A DNA stretch of 64,000 nt from Eledone cirrhosa (taxonomy: Eukaryota). The stretch covers positions 75,268,001-75,332,000 of the forward strand of contig OZ024742.1 in the NCBI GenBank assembly GCA_964016885.1, given 5' to 3'. Made by a program: the position numbers and the translations under genes. The notes under the pieces were generated by a model. It saw nothing but the letters and a program-made list of their open reading frames with translations, did no database searches and was not told the origin of the DNA. Within the stretch, counting starts at the first letter, position 1. Each line of letters starts with the position of its first letter. Shown piece after piece: positions 40,701 through 58,700 of the stretch.

Positions 40701-43700
40701 ATTTACACTACGTCACGCAAGACACTAGTATTTACACAAAATCACACACGACACCAACATTTAGACCACGTCACACAAGACACTAGTATTTACACCACGT
40801 TACACAAGACACCAATATTTACACAACGTCACACAATACACTAGTATTTACACCACGTCACACAAGACACCAGTATTAACCCCACGTCACACAAGACACC
40901 AGTATTACACCACGTCACACAAGACCCTAGTATTTACACCACGTCACACAGGATACCAATATTTACACCACGTCACACAAGACACCAGTATTAACACCAC
41001 GTCACACTAGACACCTTTATTAACACCACGTCACACAAGACACCAGTATTACATCACGTCACACAAGACACCAGCATTAACACCACGTCAGAAAAGACAC
41101 CAGTATTAACACCACGTCACACAAGACGCCAGTATTTACACTACGTCACGCAAGACACTAGTATTTACACAAAATCACACAAGATACCAACATTTAGACC
41201 ACGTCACACAAGACACTAGTATTTACACCACGTCACACAAGATAGCAATATGTACACAACGTCACACAATACACTAGTATTTACACCACGTCACACAAGA
41301 CACTAGTATTTACACCACGTCACACAAGACACCAGTATTAACCCCACGTCACACAATACACCAGTATTACACCACGTCACACAAGACACTGGTATTTACA
41401 CCACGTCACACAGGATACCAATATTTACACCACGTCACACATCACACTAGTATTTACACCACGTCACACAAGACACCAATATTTAGACCACGTCGAGGTT
41501 AACTTTGCCTTTCATCCTTACGGGGTCGATAAAATAAAGTACCAGTAATGCACTGGATGATTGCTGGCCTTGTGCCTAAAGTAGAAACAAATATTTAGAC
41601 CACGTCACACAAGTCACCAGTATTTACACCACGTCACACAATACACCAGTATTAACACCACATCATACAAGACACTAGTATTACACCACAATACACAAGA
41701 CACTAATATTTACACCACGTCACACAAGACACTAATATTTACACCACGTCACACAAGACCCTAGTATTTACACCACGTCACACAAGACACCAATAATTAC
41801 ACCACGTCACACACGACACTGGTATTTACACCACGTCACACATAACACCAGTATTTACACCACGTCACACAAGACACCATTATTAACACCACATCACACA
41901 AGACACCAATATTACACCACGTCACACAAGACACTAGTATTTACACCGCGTCACACATGACACCAATATTTACACCACATCACACAAGACACCAGTATTT
42001 ACACCACGTCACACAAGACACCAGTATTAACACCACGTCACACAAGACACCAGTATTACACCACGTCACACAAGACATTAGTATTTACACCACGTCACAC
42101 AAGACACTAGTATTTACACCACGTCACACAATACATTAGTATTTACACCACGTCACACAAGACAAGTATTAACACACGTCTCACAATACATTTACACCAG
42201 GTCACACAAGACACCAATATATACACCATGTCCCACAAGACACTAGTATTTACACCACGTCGCACAAGACACCAATATTAATACCATGTCAAACAAGACA
42301 CTGGTATTTACATCACGTCACACAAGACACTAGTATTTACACCACGTCACATAAGACACTAGTATTTACATCACTTCACACAAGGCACCAATATTTACAC
42401 CACGTCACACATGACACTAGTATATACACCACGTCACACAAGACACTAGTATTTACACCACGTCACACAAGACACCAGTATTAACACCACGTCACACTAG
42501 AAACCAGTATTAACACCACGTGAAACAAGACACTAGTATTTACACCACGTCACACAATACACCAGTATTAACCCCACGTCACACAAGACACCAGTATTAA
42601 CCCCACGTCACACAATACACCAGTATTAACCCCACGTCACACAAGACACCAGTATTACACCACGTCACACAGGATACCAATATTTACACCACGTCACACA
42701 AGACACCAGTATTAACACCACGTCACACTAGACACCAGTATTAACACCACGTCACACAAGACACCAGTATTACATCACGTCACACAAGACACCAGCATTA
42801 ACACCACGTCAGAAAAGACACCAGTATTAACACCACGTCACACAAGACGCCAGTATTTACACTACGTCACGCAAGACACTAGTATTTACACAAAATCACA
42901 CAAGATACCAACATTTAGACCACGTCACACAAGACACTAGTATTTACACCACGTCACACAAGATAGCAATATTTACACAACGTCACACAATACACTAGTA
43001 TTTACACCACGTCACACAAGACACTAGTATTTACACCACGTCACACAAGACACCAGTATTAACCCCACGTCACACAATACACCAGTATTACACCACGTCA
43101 CACAAGACACTAGTATTTACACCACGTCACACAGGATACCAATATTTACATCACGTCACACATCACACTAGTATTTACACCACGTCACACAAGACACCAA
43201 TATTTAGACCACGTCACACAAGTCACCAGTATTTACACCACGTCACACAATACCCCAGTATTAACACCACATCATACAAGACACTAGTATTACACCACAA
43301 TACACAAGACACTAATATTTACACCACGTCACACAAGACACTAATATTTACACCACGTCACACAAGACCCTAGTATTTACACCACGTCACACAAGACACC
43401 AATATTTACACCACGTCACACACGACACTGGTATTTACACCACGTCACACATAACACCAGTATTTACACCACGTCACACAAGACACCATTATTAACACCA
43501 CATCACACAAGACACCAATATTACACCACGTCACACAAGACACTAGTATTTACACCGCGTCACACATGACACCAATATTTACACCACATCACACAAGACA
43601 CCAGTATTTACACCACGTCACACAAGACACCAGTATTAACACCACGTCACACAAGACACCAGTATTACACCACGTCACACAAGACATTAGTATTTACACC

Positions 43701-46700
43701 ACGTCACACAAGACACTAGTATTTACACCACGTCACACAATACATTAGTATTTACACCACGTCACAGAAGACAAGTATTAACACACGTCTCACAATACAT
43801 TTACACCAGGTCACACAAGACACCAATATATACACCATGTCCCACAAGACACTAGTATTTACACCACGTCGCACAAGACACCAATATTAATACCATGTCA
43901 AACAAGACACTGGTATTTACATCACGTCACACAAGACACTAGTATTTACACCACGTCACATAAGACACTAGTATTTACATCACTTCACACAAGGCACCAA
44001 TATATACACCACGTCACACATGACACTAGTATATACACCACGTCACACAAGACACTAGTATTTACACCACGTCACACAAGACACCAGTATTAACACCACG
44101 TCACACTAGAAACCAGTATTAACACCACGTGAAACAAGACACTAGTATTTACACCACGTCACACAATACACCAGTATTAACCCCACGTCACACAATACAC
44201 CAGTATTAACCCCACGTCACACAAGACACCAGTATTACACCACGTCACACAAGACACCAGTATTAACACCACGCCACACAAGACACCAGTATTACACCAC
44301 GTCACACAAGACACCAGTATTACACCACTTCACACAAGACACCATATTACACCACGTCAGAAAAGACACCAGTATTAACACCACGTCACACAAGACACCA
44401 GTATATACACTACGTCACGCAGGACACTAGTATTTACACAAAATCACTCAAGATACCAACATTTAGACCACGTCACACAAGACACTAGTATTTACACCAC
44501 GTCACACAAGACACCAATATTTACACAACGTCATACAATACACTAGTATTTACACCACGTCACACAAGACACCAGTATTAACACCACGTCACACAAGACA
44601 CCAGTATTACACCACGTCACACAAGACACTAGTATTTACACCACCTCACACAGGATACCAATATTTACACCACGTCACACAAGACATCAGTATTAACACC
44701 ACGTCACACTAGACACCAGTATTAACACCACGTGACACAAGACACTAGTATTTACACCACATCACAGAATACACCAGTATTTACAACACGTCACACAAGA
44801 CACTAGCATTTACACCACGTCACACATGACACCAATATTTACACCATGTCACACAAGACACTAGTATTTACACCACGTTGCACAAGACACCAATATTAAC
44901 ACCATGTCACACAAGACACTGGTATTTACACCACGTCACACAAGACACTGGTATTTACACCACGTCACACAAGACACTAGTATTTACACCACTTCACACA
45001 AGACAGCAATATTTACACTACGTCACACATAACACTAGTATTAACACCACGTCACACAAGCCACTAGTATTTACACCACGTCACAGAAGACACCAGTATT
45101 AACCCCACATCACACAAGACACCAGTATTACATCACGTCACACAAGACACCAGCATTAGCACCACGTCACAAAAGACACCAGTATTACACCACGTCACAC
45201 AAGACACCAGTATTACACCACTTCACACAAGACACCATATTACACCACGTCAGAAAAGACACCAGTATTAACACCACGTCACACAAGACACCAGTATTTA
45301 CACTACGTCACGCAGGACACTAGTATTTACACAAAATCACACAAGACACCAACATTTAGACCACGTCACACAAGACACTAGTATTTACACCACGTCACAC
45401 AGGATACCAATATTTACACCAGGTCACACATGACACTAGTATTTACACCACGTCACACAAGACACCAATATTTACACCACGTCCCACACGACACCAATAT
45501 TTACACCACGACACACAAGACACCAACATTTAGACCACGTCACACAAGTCACCAGTATTTACACCACGTCACACAATACACCAGTATTAACACCACATCA
45601 CACAAGACACCAGTATTACACCACGTCACCCAAGACACTAATATTTACACCACGTCACATAAGAAACTAATATTTACACCACGTCACACAAGACACTAGT
45701 ATTTACACCACGTCACACAAGACACCAATATTTACACCACGTCACACACGACACTGGTATTTACACCACGTCACACAAGACACCAGTATTTACACCACGT
45801 CACACAAGACACCAGTATTAACACCACATCACACAAGACACCAATATTAGACCAGGTCACACAAGACACTAGTATTTACACAACGTTACACATGACACCA
45901 ATATTTACACCACGTCACACACGACACTAGAATTTACACCACGTCACACAAGACATCAGTATGTACGCCACGTCACACGAGACACCAGTATTAACACCAC
46001 GTCACACAAGACGCCAGTATTTACACTACGTCACGCAAGACACTAGTATTTACACAAAATCACACAAGATACCAACATTTAGACCACGTCACACAAGACA
46101 CTAGTATTTACACCACGTCACACAAGATAGCAATATTTACACAACGTCACACAATACACTAGTATTTACACCACGTCACACAAGACACTAGTATTTACAC
46201 CACGTCACACAAGACACCAGTATTAACGCCACGTCACACAATACACCAGTATTACACCACGTCACACAAGACACTAGTATTTACACCACGTCACACAGGA
46301 TACCAATATTTACACCACGTCACACATCACACTAGTATTTACACCACGTCACACAAGACACCAATATTTAGACCACGTCACACAAGTCACCAGTATTTAC
46401 ACCACGTCACACAATACACCAGTATTAACACCACATCATACAGGACACTAGTATTACACCACAATACACAAGATACTAATATTTACACCACGTCACACAA
46501 GACACTAATATTTACACCACGTCACACAAGACCCTAGTATTTACACCACGTCACACAAGACACCAATATTTACACCACGTCACACACGACACTGGTATTT
46601 ACACCACGTCACACATAACACCAGTATTTACACCACGTCACACAAGACACCATTATTAACACCACATCACACAAGACACCAATATTACACCACGTCACAC

Positions 46701-49700
46701 AAGACACTAGTATTTACACCGCGTCACACATGACACCAATATTTACACCACATCACACAAGACACCAGTATTTACACCACGTCACACAATACATTAGTAT
46801 TTACACCACGTCACACAAGACAAGTATTAACACACGTCTCACAATACATTTACACCAGGTCACACAAGACACCAATATATACACCATGTCCCACAAGACA
46901 CTAGTATTTACACCACGTCGCACAAGACACCAATATTAATACCATGTCAAACAAGACACTGGTATTTACATCACGTCACACAAGACACTAGTATTTACAC
47001 CACGTCACATAAGACACTAGTATTTACATCACTTCACACAAGGCACCAATATTTACACCACGTCACACATGACACTAGTATATACACCACGTCACACAAG
47101 ACACTAGTATTTACACCACGTCACACAAGACACCAGTATTAACACCACGTCACACTAGAAACCAGTATTAACACCACGTGAAACAAGACACTAGTATTTA
47201 CACCACGTCACACAATACACCAGTATTAACCCCACGTCACACAATACACCAGTATTAACCCCACGTCACACAAGACACCAGTATTACACCACGTCACACA
47301 AGACACCAGTATTAACACCACGCCACACAAGACACCAGTATTACACCACGTCACACAAGACACCAGTATTACACCACTTCACACAAGACACCATATTACA
47401 CCACGTCAGAAAAGACACCAGTATTAACACCACGTCACACAAGACACCAGTATATACACTACGTCACGCAGGACACTAGTATTTACACAAAATCACTCAA
47501 GATACCAACATTTAGACCACGTCACACAAGACACTAGTATTTACACCACGTCACACAAGACACCAATATTTACACAACGTCATACAATACACTAGTATTT
47601 ACACCACGTCACACAAGACACCAGTATTAACACCACGTCACACAAGACACCAGTATTACACCACGTCACACAAGACACTAGTATTTACACCACCTCACAC
47701 AGGATACCAATATTTACACCACGTTACACAAGACATCAGTATTAACACCACGTCACACTAGACACCAGTATTAACACCACGTGACACAAGACACTAGTAT
47801 TTACACCACATCACAGAATACACCAGTATTTACAACACGTCACACAAGACACTAGCATTTACACCACGTCACACATGACACCAATATTTACACCATGTCA
47901 CACAAGACACTAGTATTTACACCACGTTGCACAAGACACCAATATTAACACCATGTCACACAAGACACTGGTATTTACACCACGTCACACAAGACACTGG
48001 TATTTACACCACGTCACACAAGACACTAGTATTTACACCACTTCACACAAGACAGCAATATTTACACTACGTCACACATAACACTAGTATTAACACCACG
48101 TCACACAAGCCACTAGTATTTACACCACGTCACAGAAGACACCAGTATTAACCCCACATCACACAAGACACCAGTATTACATCACGTCACACAAGACACC
48201 AGCATTAGCACCACGTCACAAAAGACACCAGTATTACACCACGTCACACAAGACACCAGTATTACACCACTTCACACAAGACACCATATTACACCACGTC
48301 AGAAAAGACACCAGTATTAACACCACGTCACACAAGACACCAGTATTTACACTACGTCACGCAGGACACTAGTATTTACACAAAATCACACAAGACACCA
48401 ACATTTAGACCACGTCACACAAGACACTAGTATTTACACCACGTCACACAGGATACCAATATTTACACCAGGTCACACATGACACTAGTATTTACACCAC
48501 GTCACACAAGACACCAATATTTACACCACGTCCCACACGACACCAATATTTACACCACGACACACAAGACACCAACATTTAGACCACGTCACACAAGTCA
48601 CCAGTATTTACACCACGTCACACAATACACCAGTATTAACACCACATCACACAAGACACCAGTATTACACCACGTCACCCAAGACACTAATATTTACACC
48701 ACGTCACATAAGAAACTAATATTTACACCACGTCACACAAGACACTAGTATTTACACCACGTCACACAAGACACCAATATTTACACCACGTCACACACGA
48801 CACTGGTATTTACACCACGTCACACAAGACACCAGTATTTACACCACGTCACACAAGACACCAGTATTAACACCACATCACACAAGACACCAATATTAGA
48901 CCACGTCACACAAGACACTAGTATTTACACAACGTTACACATGACACCAATATTTACACCACGTCACACACGACACTAGAATTTACACCACGTCACACAA
49001 GACATCAGTATGTACGCCACGTCACACGAGACACCAGTATTAACACCACGTCACACAAGACGCCAGTATTTACACTACGTCACGCAAGACACTAGTATTT
49101 ACACAAAATCACACAAGATACCAACATTTAGACCACGTCACACAAGACACTAGTATTTACACCACGTCACACAAGATAGCAATATTTACACAACGTCACA
49201 CAATACACTAGTATTTACACCACGTCACACAAGACACTAGTATTTACACCACGTCACACAAGACACCAGTATTAACGCCACGTCACACAATACACCAGTA
49301 TTACACCACGTCACACAAGACACTAGTATTTACACCACGTCACACAGGATACCAATATTTACACCACGTCACACATCACACTAGTATTTACACCACGTCA
49401 CACAAGACACCAATATTTAGACCACGTCACACAAGTCACCAGTATTTACACCACGTCACACAATACACCAGTATTAACACCACATCATACAAGACACTAG
49501 TATTACACCACAATACACAAGACACTAATATTTACACCACGTCACACAAGACACTAATATTTACACCACGTCACACAAGACCCTAGTATTTACACCACGT
49601 CACACAAGACACCAATATTTACACCACGTCACACACGACACTGGTATTTACACCACGTCACACATAACACCAGTATTTACACCACGTCACACAAGACACC

Positions 49701-52700
49701 ATTATTAACACCACATCACACAAGACACCAATATTACACCACGTCACACAAGACACTAGTATTTACACCGCGTCACACATGACACCAATATTTACACCAC
49801 ATCACACAAGACACCAGTATTTACACCACGTCACACAAGACACCAGTATTAACACCACGTCACACAAGACACCAGTATTACACCACGTCACACAAGACAT
49901 TAGTATTTACACCACGTCACACAAGACACTAGTATTTACACCACGTCACACAATACATTAGTATTTACACCACGTCACACAAGACAAGTATTAACACACG
50001 TCTCACAATACATTTACACCAGGTCACACAAGACACCAATATATACACCATGTCCCACAAGACACTAGTATTTACACCACGTCGCACAAGACACCAATAT
50101 TAATACCATGTCAAACAAGACACTGGTATTTACATCACGTCACACAAGACACTAGTATTTACACCACGTCACATAAGACACTAGTATTTACATCACTTCA
50201 CACAAGGCACCAATATTTACACCACGTCACACATGACACTAGTATATACACCACGTCACACAAGACACTAGTATTTACACCACGTCACACAAGACACCAG
50301 TATTAACACCACGTCACACTAGAAACCAGTATTAACACCACGTGAAACAAGACACTAGTATTTACACCACGTCTCACAATACACCAGTATTAACCCCACG
50401 TCACACAAGACACCAGTATTAACCCCACGTCACACAATACACCAGTATTAACCCCACGTCACACAAGACACCAGTATTACACCACGTCACACAGGATACC
50501 AATATTTACACCACGTCACACAAGACACCAGTATTAACACCACGTCACACTAGACACCAGTATTAACACCACGTCACACAAGACACCAGTATTACATCAC
50601 GTCACACAAGACACCAGCATTAACAACACGTCAGAAAAGACACCAGTATTAACACCACGTCACACAAGACGCCAGTATTTACACTACGTCACGCAAGACA
50701 CTAGTATTTACACAAAATCACACAAGATACCAACATTTAGACCACGTCACACAAGACACTAGTATTTACACCACGTCACACAAGATAGCAATATTTACAC
50801 AACGTCACACAATACACTAGTATTTACACCACGTCACACAAGACACTAGTATTTACACCACGTCACACAAGACACCAGTATTAACCCCACGTCACACACT
50901 ACACCAGTATTACACCACGTCACACAAGACACTAGTATTTACACCACGTCACACAGGATACCAATATTTACACCACGTCACACATCACACTAGTATTTAC
51001 ACCACGTCACACAAGACACCAATATTTAGACCACGTCACACAAGTCACCAGTATTTACACCACGTCACACAACACACCAGTATTAACACCACATCATACA
51101 AGACACTAGTATTACACCACAATACACAAGACACTAATATTTACACCACGTCACACAAGACACTAATATTTACACCACGTCACACAAGACCCTAGTATTT
51201 ACACCACGTCACACAAGACACCAATATTTACACCACGTCACACACGACACTGGTATTTACACCACGTCACACATAACACCAGTATTTACACCACGTCACA
51301 CAAGACACCATTATTAACACCACATCACACAAGACACCAATATTACACCACGTCACACAAGCCACTAGTATTTACACCGCGTCACACATGACACCAATAT
51401 TTACACCACATCACACAAGACACCAGTATTTACACCACGTCACACAAGACACCAGTATTAACACCACGTCACACAAGACACCAGTATTACACCACGTCAC
51501 ACAAGACATTAGTATTTACACCACGTCACACAAGACACTAGTATTTACACCACGTCACACAATACATTAGTATTTACACCACGTCACACAAGACAAGTAT
51601 TAACACACGTCTCACAATACATTTACACCAGGTCACACAAGACACCAATATATACACCATGTCCCACAAGACACTAGTATTTACACCACGTCGCACAAGA
51701 CACCAATATTAATACCATGTCAAACAAGACACTGGTATTTACATCACGTCACACAAGACACTAGTATTTACACCACGTCACATAAGACACTAGTATTTAC
51801 ATCACTTCAAACACGGCACCAATATTTACACCACGTCACACATGACACTAGTATATACACCACGTCACACAAGACACTAGTATTTACACCACGTCACACA
51901 AGACACCAGTATTAACACCACGTCACACTAGAAACCAGTATTAACACCACGTGAAACAAGACACTAGTATTTACACCACGTCACACAATACACCAGTATT
52001 AACCCCACGTCACACAATACACCAGTATTAACCCCACGTCACACAAGACACCAGTATTACACCACGTCACACAAGACACCAGTATTAACACCACGCCACA
52101 CAAGACACCAGTATTACACCACGTCACACAAGACACCAGTATTACACCACTTCACACAAGACACCATATTACACCACGTCAGAAAAGACACCAGTATTAA
52201 CACCACGTCACACAAGACACCAGTATATACACTACGTCACGCAGGACACTAGTATTTACACAAAATCACTCAAGATACCAACATTTAGACCACGTCACAC
52301 AAGACACTAGTATTTACACCACGTCACACAAGACACCAATATTTACACAACGTCACACAATACACTAGTATTTACACCACGTCACACAAGACACCAGTAT
52401 TAACACCACGTCACACAAGACACCAGTATTACACCACGTCACACAAGACACTAGTATTTACACCACCTCACACAGGATACCAATATTTACACCACGTCAC
52501 ACAAGACATCAGTATTAACACCACGTCACACTAGACACCAGTATTAACACCACGTGACACAAGACACTAGTATTTACACCACATCACAGAATACACCAGT
52601 ATTTACAACACGTCACACAAGACACTAGCATTTACACCACGTCACACATGACACCAATATTTACACCATGTCACACAAGACACTAGTATTTACACCACGT

Positions 52701-55700
52701 TGCACAAGACACCAATATTAACACCATGTCACACAAGACACTGGTATTTACACCACGTCACACAAGACACTGGTATTTACACCACGTCACACAAGACACT
52801 AGTATTTACACCACTTCACACAAGACAGCAATATTTACACTACGTCACACATAACACTAGTATTAACACCACGTCACACAAGCCACTAGTATTTACACCA
52901 CGTCACAGAAGACACCAGTATTAACCCCACATCACACAAGACACCAGTATTACATCACGTCACACAAGACACCAGCATTAGCACCACGTCACAAAAGACA
53001 CCAGTATTACACCACGTCACACAAGACACCAGTATTACACCACTTCACACAAGACACCATATTACACCACGTCAGAAAAGACACCAGTATTAACACCACG
53101 TCACACAAGACACCAGTATTTACACTACGTCACGCAGAACACTAGTATTTACACAAAATCACACAAGACACCAACATTTAGACCACGTCACACAAGACAC
53201 TAGTATTTACACCACGTCACACAGGATACCAATATTTACACCAGGACACACATGACACTAGTATTTACACCACGTCACACAAGACACCAATATTTACACC
53301 ACGTCCCACACGACACCAATATTTACACCACGACACACAAGACACCAACATTTAGACCACGTCACACAAGTCACCAGTATTTACACCACGTCACACAATA
53401 CACCAGTATTAACACCACATCACACAAGACACCAGTATTACACCACGTCACCCAAGACACTAATATTTACACCACGTCACATAAGAAACTAATATTTACA
53501 CCACGTCACACAAGACACTAGTATTTACACCACGTCACACAAGACACCAATATTTACACCACGTCACACACGACACTGGTATTTACACCACGTCACACAA
53601 GACACCAGTATTTACACCACGTCACACAAGACACCAGTATTAACACCACATCACACAAGACACCAATATTAGACCACGTCACACAAGACACTAGTATTTA
53701 CACAACGTTACACATGACACCAATATTTACACCACGTCACACACGACACTAGAATTTACACCACGTCACACAAGACATCAGTATGTACGCCACGTCACAC
53801 GAGACACCAGTATTAACACCACGTCACACAAGACACCAGTATTACACCACGTCACACAAGACATTAGTATTTACACCACGTCACACAAGACACTAGTATT
53901 AACACAACGTCACACAGGACACTAGTATTTACACCACGTCACACAAGACATTAGTATTTACACCACGTCACACAAGACAAGTATTAAGACACGTCACCCA
54001 ATACACTAGTATTAACACCACGTCACACAGGACACTAGTATTTACATCGCGTCACACAGGACACTGGTATTTACACCACTTCACTCAAGCCACTGGTATT
54101 TACACCACGTCACACAAGGCACTAGTATTTACACCACGTCACACAAGATTCCAATATTTACACTACGTCAAACAAGACACTGGTATTTACACCACCTCAC
54201 ACAAGCCACTGGTATTTACACCACGTCACACAAGACACTAGTATTTACACCACATCACAGAAGAGATCAGTATTAACACCACGTCACACAAGACGCTAGT
54301 ATTTACACCACGTCACACAAGACAGTAGTATTTACACCACGTCACACAAGACACCAATATTTACACCAGGTCACACAGGACACTAATATATACACCACGT
54401 CACACAAGACACTGGTATTTACACCACGTCACACAAGACACTAGTATTAACACCACATCACACAGGACACCAGTATTAACACCAGGTCACAGAATACACC
54501 AGTATTAACACCACGTCACACAAGACCCCAATATTCACACTAAGTCACACAAGACACTAGTATTTACACCACGTCACACAAGACACCGATATTTAAACCA
54601 TGTCACACAAGACACTAGTATTTACACCACGTCACACAAGCCACCAGTATTAACACCACGACACACAAGACACTAGCATTTACACCACGTGACAGAAGAC
54701 ACCCATATTTAGACCACGTCACAGAAGACACCAGTATTTAACAACGTCACACAAGACACCAATATTTACACCATGTCACACAAGACACTGGTATTTACAC
54801 CACGTCACACAAGACACTAGTATTTACACCACGTCACACAAGACACTAGTATTTACTCCACTTCACACAAGACACCAGTATTAATACCACGTCACACAAG
54901 ACACTGGTATTTACACCACGTCACACAAGACACTAGTATTTACACCACGTCACATAAGACACTAGTATTTACACCATTTCACACAAGACACCAATATTTA
55001 CACCACGTCACACAAGACACTGGTATTTACACCACGTCACACAAGACACTAGTATTTACACCACGTCACACAAGACACCAGTATTAACCCCACGTCACAC
55101 AAGACACTAGTATTTACACCACGTCACAGAAGACACCAGTATTAACCCCCCGTCAGACAAGACACCAGTATTACATCACGTCACACAAGACGCCAGTATT
55201 AACACCGCGTCACACAAGACACCAGTATGACACCACGTCACACAAGACACCAGTATTACACCACTTCACACAAGACACCATATTACACCACGTCAGAAAA
55301 GACACCAGTATTAACACCACGTTACACAAGACACTAGTATTTACACAAAATCAGACAAGACATTAACATTTAGACCACGTCACACAAGCCACTAGTATTT
55401 ACACCACGTCACACAAGACACCAATATTTACACAACGTCACACAATACACTAGTATTTACACCACGTCACACAAGACACCAGTATTAACCCCACGTCACA
55501 CAAGACACCAGTATTACACCACGTCACACAAGACACTAGTATTTACACCACGTCACCCAGGATACCAATATTTACACCACGTCACACATGACACTAGTAT
55601 TTACACCACGTCACACAAGACACCAATATTTACACCACGTCCCACAGGACACTAGTATTTACACCACGTCACACAAGACACCAACATTTAGACCACGTCA

Positions 55701-58700
55701 CACAAGACACCAGTATTTACACCACGTCACACAAAACACCAGTATTAACACCACGTCACACAAAACACCAGTATCACACCACGTCACACAAGACACTAAT
55801 ATTTAGACCACGTCACACAAGACACTAGTATTTACACCACGTCACACAAGACACCAATATTTACACCACGTCAAACACGATACTGGTATTTACACCACGT
55901 CACACATGACACTAATATTTAGACCACGTCACACAAGACACTAGTATTTACACCACCTCACACAAGACACCAATATTTACACCACGTCACACACGACACT
56001 GGTATTTACACCACGTCACACATGACACCAGTATTTACACCACGTCACACAAGACACCATTATTAACACCACATCACACAAGACACCAATATTACACCAC
56101 GTCACACAAGACACTAGTATTTACACCGCGTCACACATGACACCAATATTTACACCACGTCACACAAGACACCAGTATTTACACCACGTCACACAAGACA
56201 CCAGTATTAACACCACGTCACACAAGACACCAGTATTACACCACGTCACACAAGACATTAGTATTTACACCACGTCACACAAGACACTAGTATTAACACA
56301 ACGCCACACAAGACACTAGTATTTACACCACGTCACACAATACATTAGTATTTACACCACGTCACACAAGACAAGTATTAACACACGTCTCACAATACAT
56401 TAACACCAGGTCACACAAGACACCAATATATACACCATGTCCCACAAGACACTAGTATTTACACCACGTCGCACAAGACACCAATATTAACACCATGTCA
56501 AACAAGACACTGGTATTTACATCACGTCACACAAGACACTAGTATTTACACCACGTCACATAAGACACTAGTATTTACATCACTTCACACAAGGCACCAA
56601 TATTTACACCACGTCACACATGACACTAGTATATACACCACGTCACACAAGACACTAGTATTTACACCACGTCACACAAGACACCAGTATTAACACCACG
56701 TCACACTAGAAACCAGTATTAACACCACGTGAAACAAGACACTAGTATTTACACCACGTCACACAATACACCAGTATTAACCCCACGTCACACAATACAC
56801 CAGTATTAACCCCACGTCACACAAGACACCAGTATTACACCACGTCACACAAGACACCAGTATTAACACCACGCCACACAAGACACCAGTATTACACCAC
56901 GTCACAGAAGACACCAGTATTACACCACTTCACACAAGACACCATATTACACCACGTCAGAAAAGACACCAGTATTAACACCACGTCACACAAGACACCA
57001 GTATTTACACTACGTCACGCAAGACACTAGTATTTACACAAAATCACTCAAGACACCAACATTTAGACCACGTCACACAAGACACTAGTATTTACACCAC
57101 GTCACACAAGACACCAATATTTACACAACGTCACACAATACACTAGTATTTACACCACGTCACACAAGACACCAGTATTAACCCCACGTCACACAAGACA
57201 CCAGTATTATACCACGTCACACAAGACACTAGTATTTACACCACGTCACACAGGATACCAATATTTACACCACGTCACACAAGACATCAGTATTAACACC
57301 ACGTCACACTAGACACCAGTATTAACACCACGTGACACAAGACACTAGTATTTACACAACGTCACAGAAGACACCAGTATTACACCAAGTCACACAAGAC
57401 ATTAGTTTTTACACCACATCACAGAATACACCAGTATTTACAACACGTCACACAAGACACTAGCATTTACACCACGTCACACATGACACCAATATTTACA
57501 CCATGTCACACAAGACACTAGTATTTACACCACGTTGCACAAGACACCAATATTAACACCATATCACAGAAGACACTGTTATTTACACCACGTCACACAA
57601 GACACTGGTATTTACACCACGTCACACAAGACACTAGTATTTACACCACTTCACACAAGACAGCAATATTTACACCACGTCACACATGACACTAGTATTA
57701 ACACCACGTCACACAAGCCACTAGTATTTACACCACGTCACAGAAGACACCAGTATTAACCCCACATCACACAAGACACCAGTATTACATCACGTCACAC
57801 AAGACACCAGCATTAGCACCACGTCACACAAGACACCAGTATTACACCACGTCACACAAGACACCAGTATTACACCACTTCACACAAGACACCATATTAC
57901 ACCACGTCTGAAAAGACACCAGTATTAACACCACGTCACACAAGACACCAGTATTTACACTACGTCACGCAAGACACTAGTATTTACACAAAATCACACA
58001 AGACACCAACATTTAGACCACGTCACACAAGACACTAGTATTTACACCACGTCACACAAGACAGCAATATTTACACAACGTCACACAATACACTAGTATT
58101 TACACCACGTCACACAAGACAGTAGTATTTACACCACGTCACACAAGACACCAGTATTAACCCCGCGTCACACAAGACACCAGTATTATACCACGTCACA
58201 CAAGACACTAGTATTTACACCACGTCACACATGATACCAACATTTACACCAGGTCACACATGACACTAGTATTTACACCACGTCACACAAGACACCAATA
58301 TTTACACCACGTCCCACAGGACACTAATATTTACACCACGACACACAAGACACCAACATTTAGACCACGTCACACAAGTCACCAGTATTTACACCACGTC
58401 ACACAATACACCAGTATTAACACCACATCACACAAGACACCAGTATTACACCACGTCACCCAAGACACTAATATTTACACCACGTCACACAAGAAACTAA
58501 TATTTACACCACGTCACACAAGACACTAGTATTTACACCACGTCACACAAGACACCAATATTTACACCACGTCACACACGACACTGGTATTTACACCACG
58601 TCACACAAGACACCAGTATTTACACCACGTCACACAAGACACCAGTATTAACACCACATCACACAAGACACCAATATTACACCACGTCACACAAGAAACT

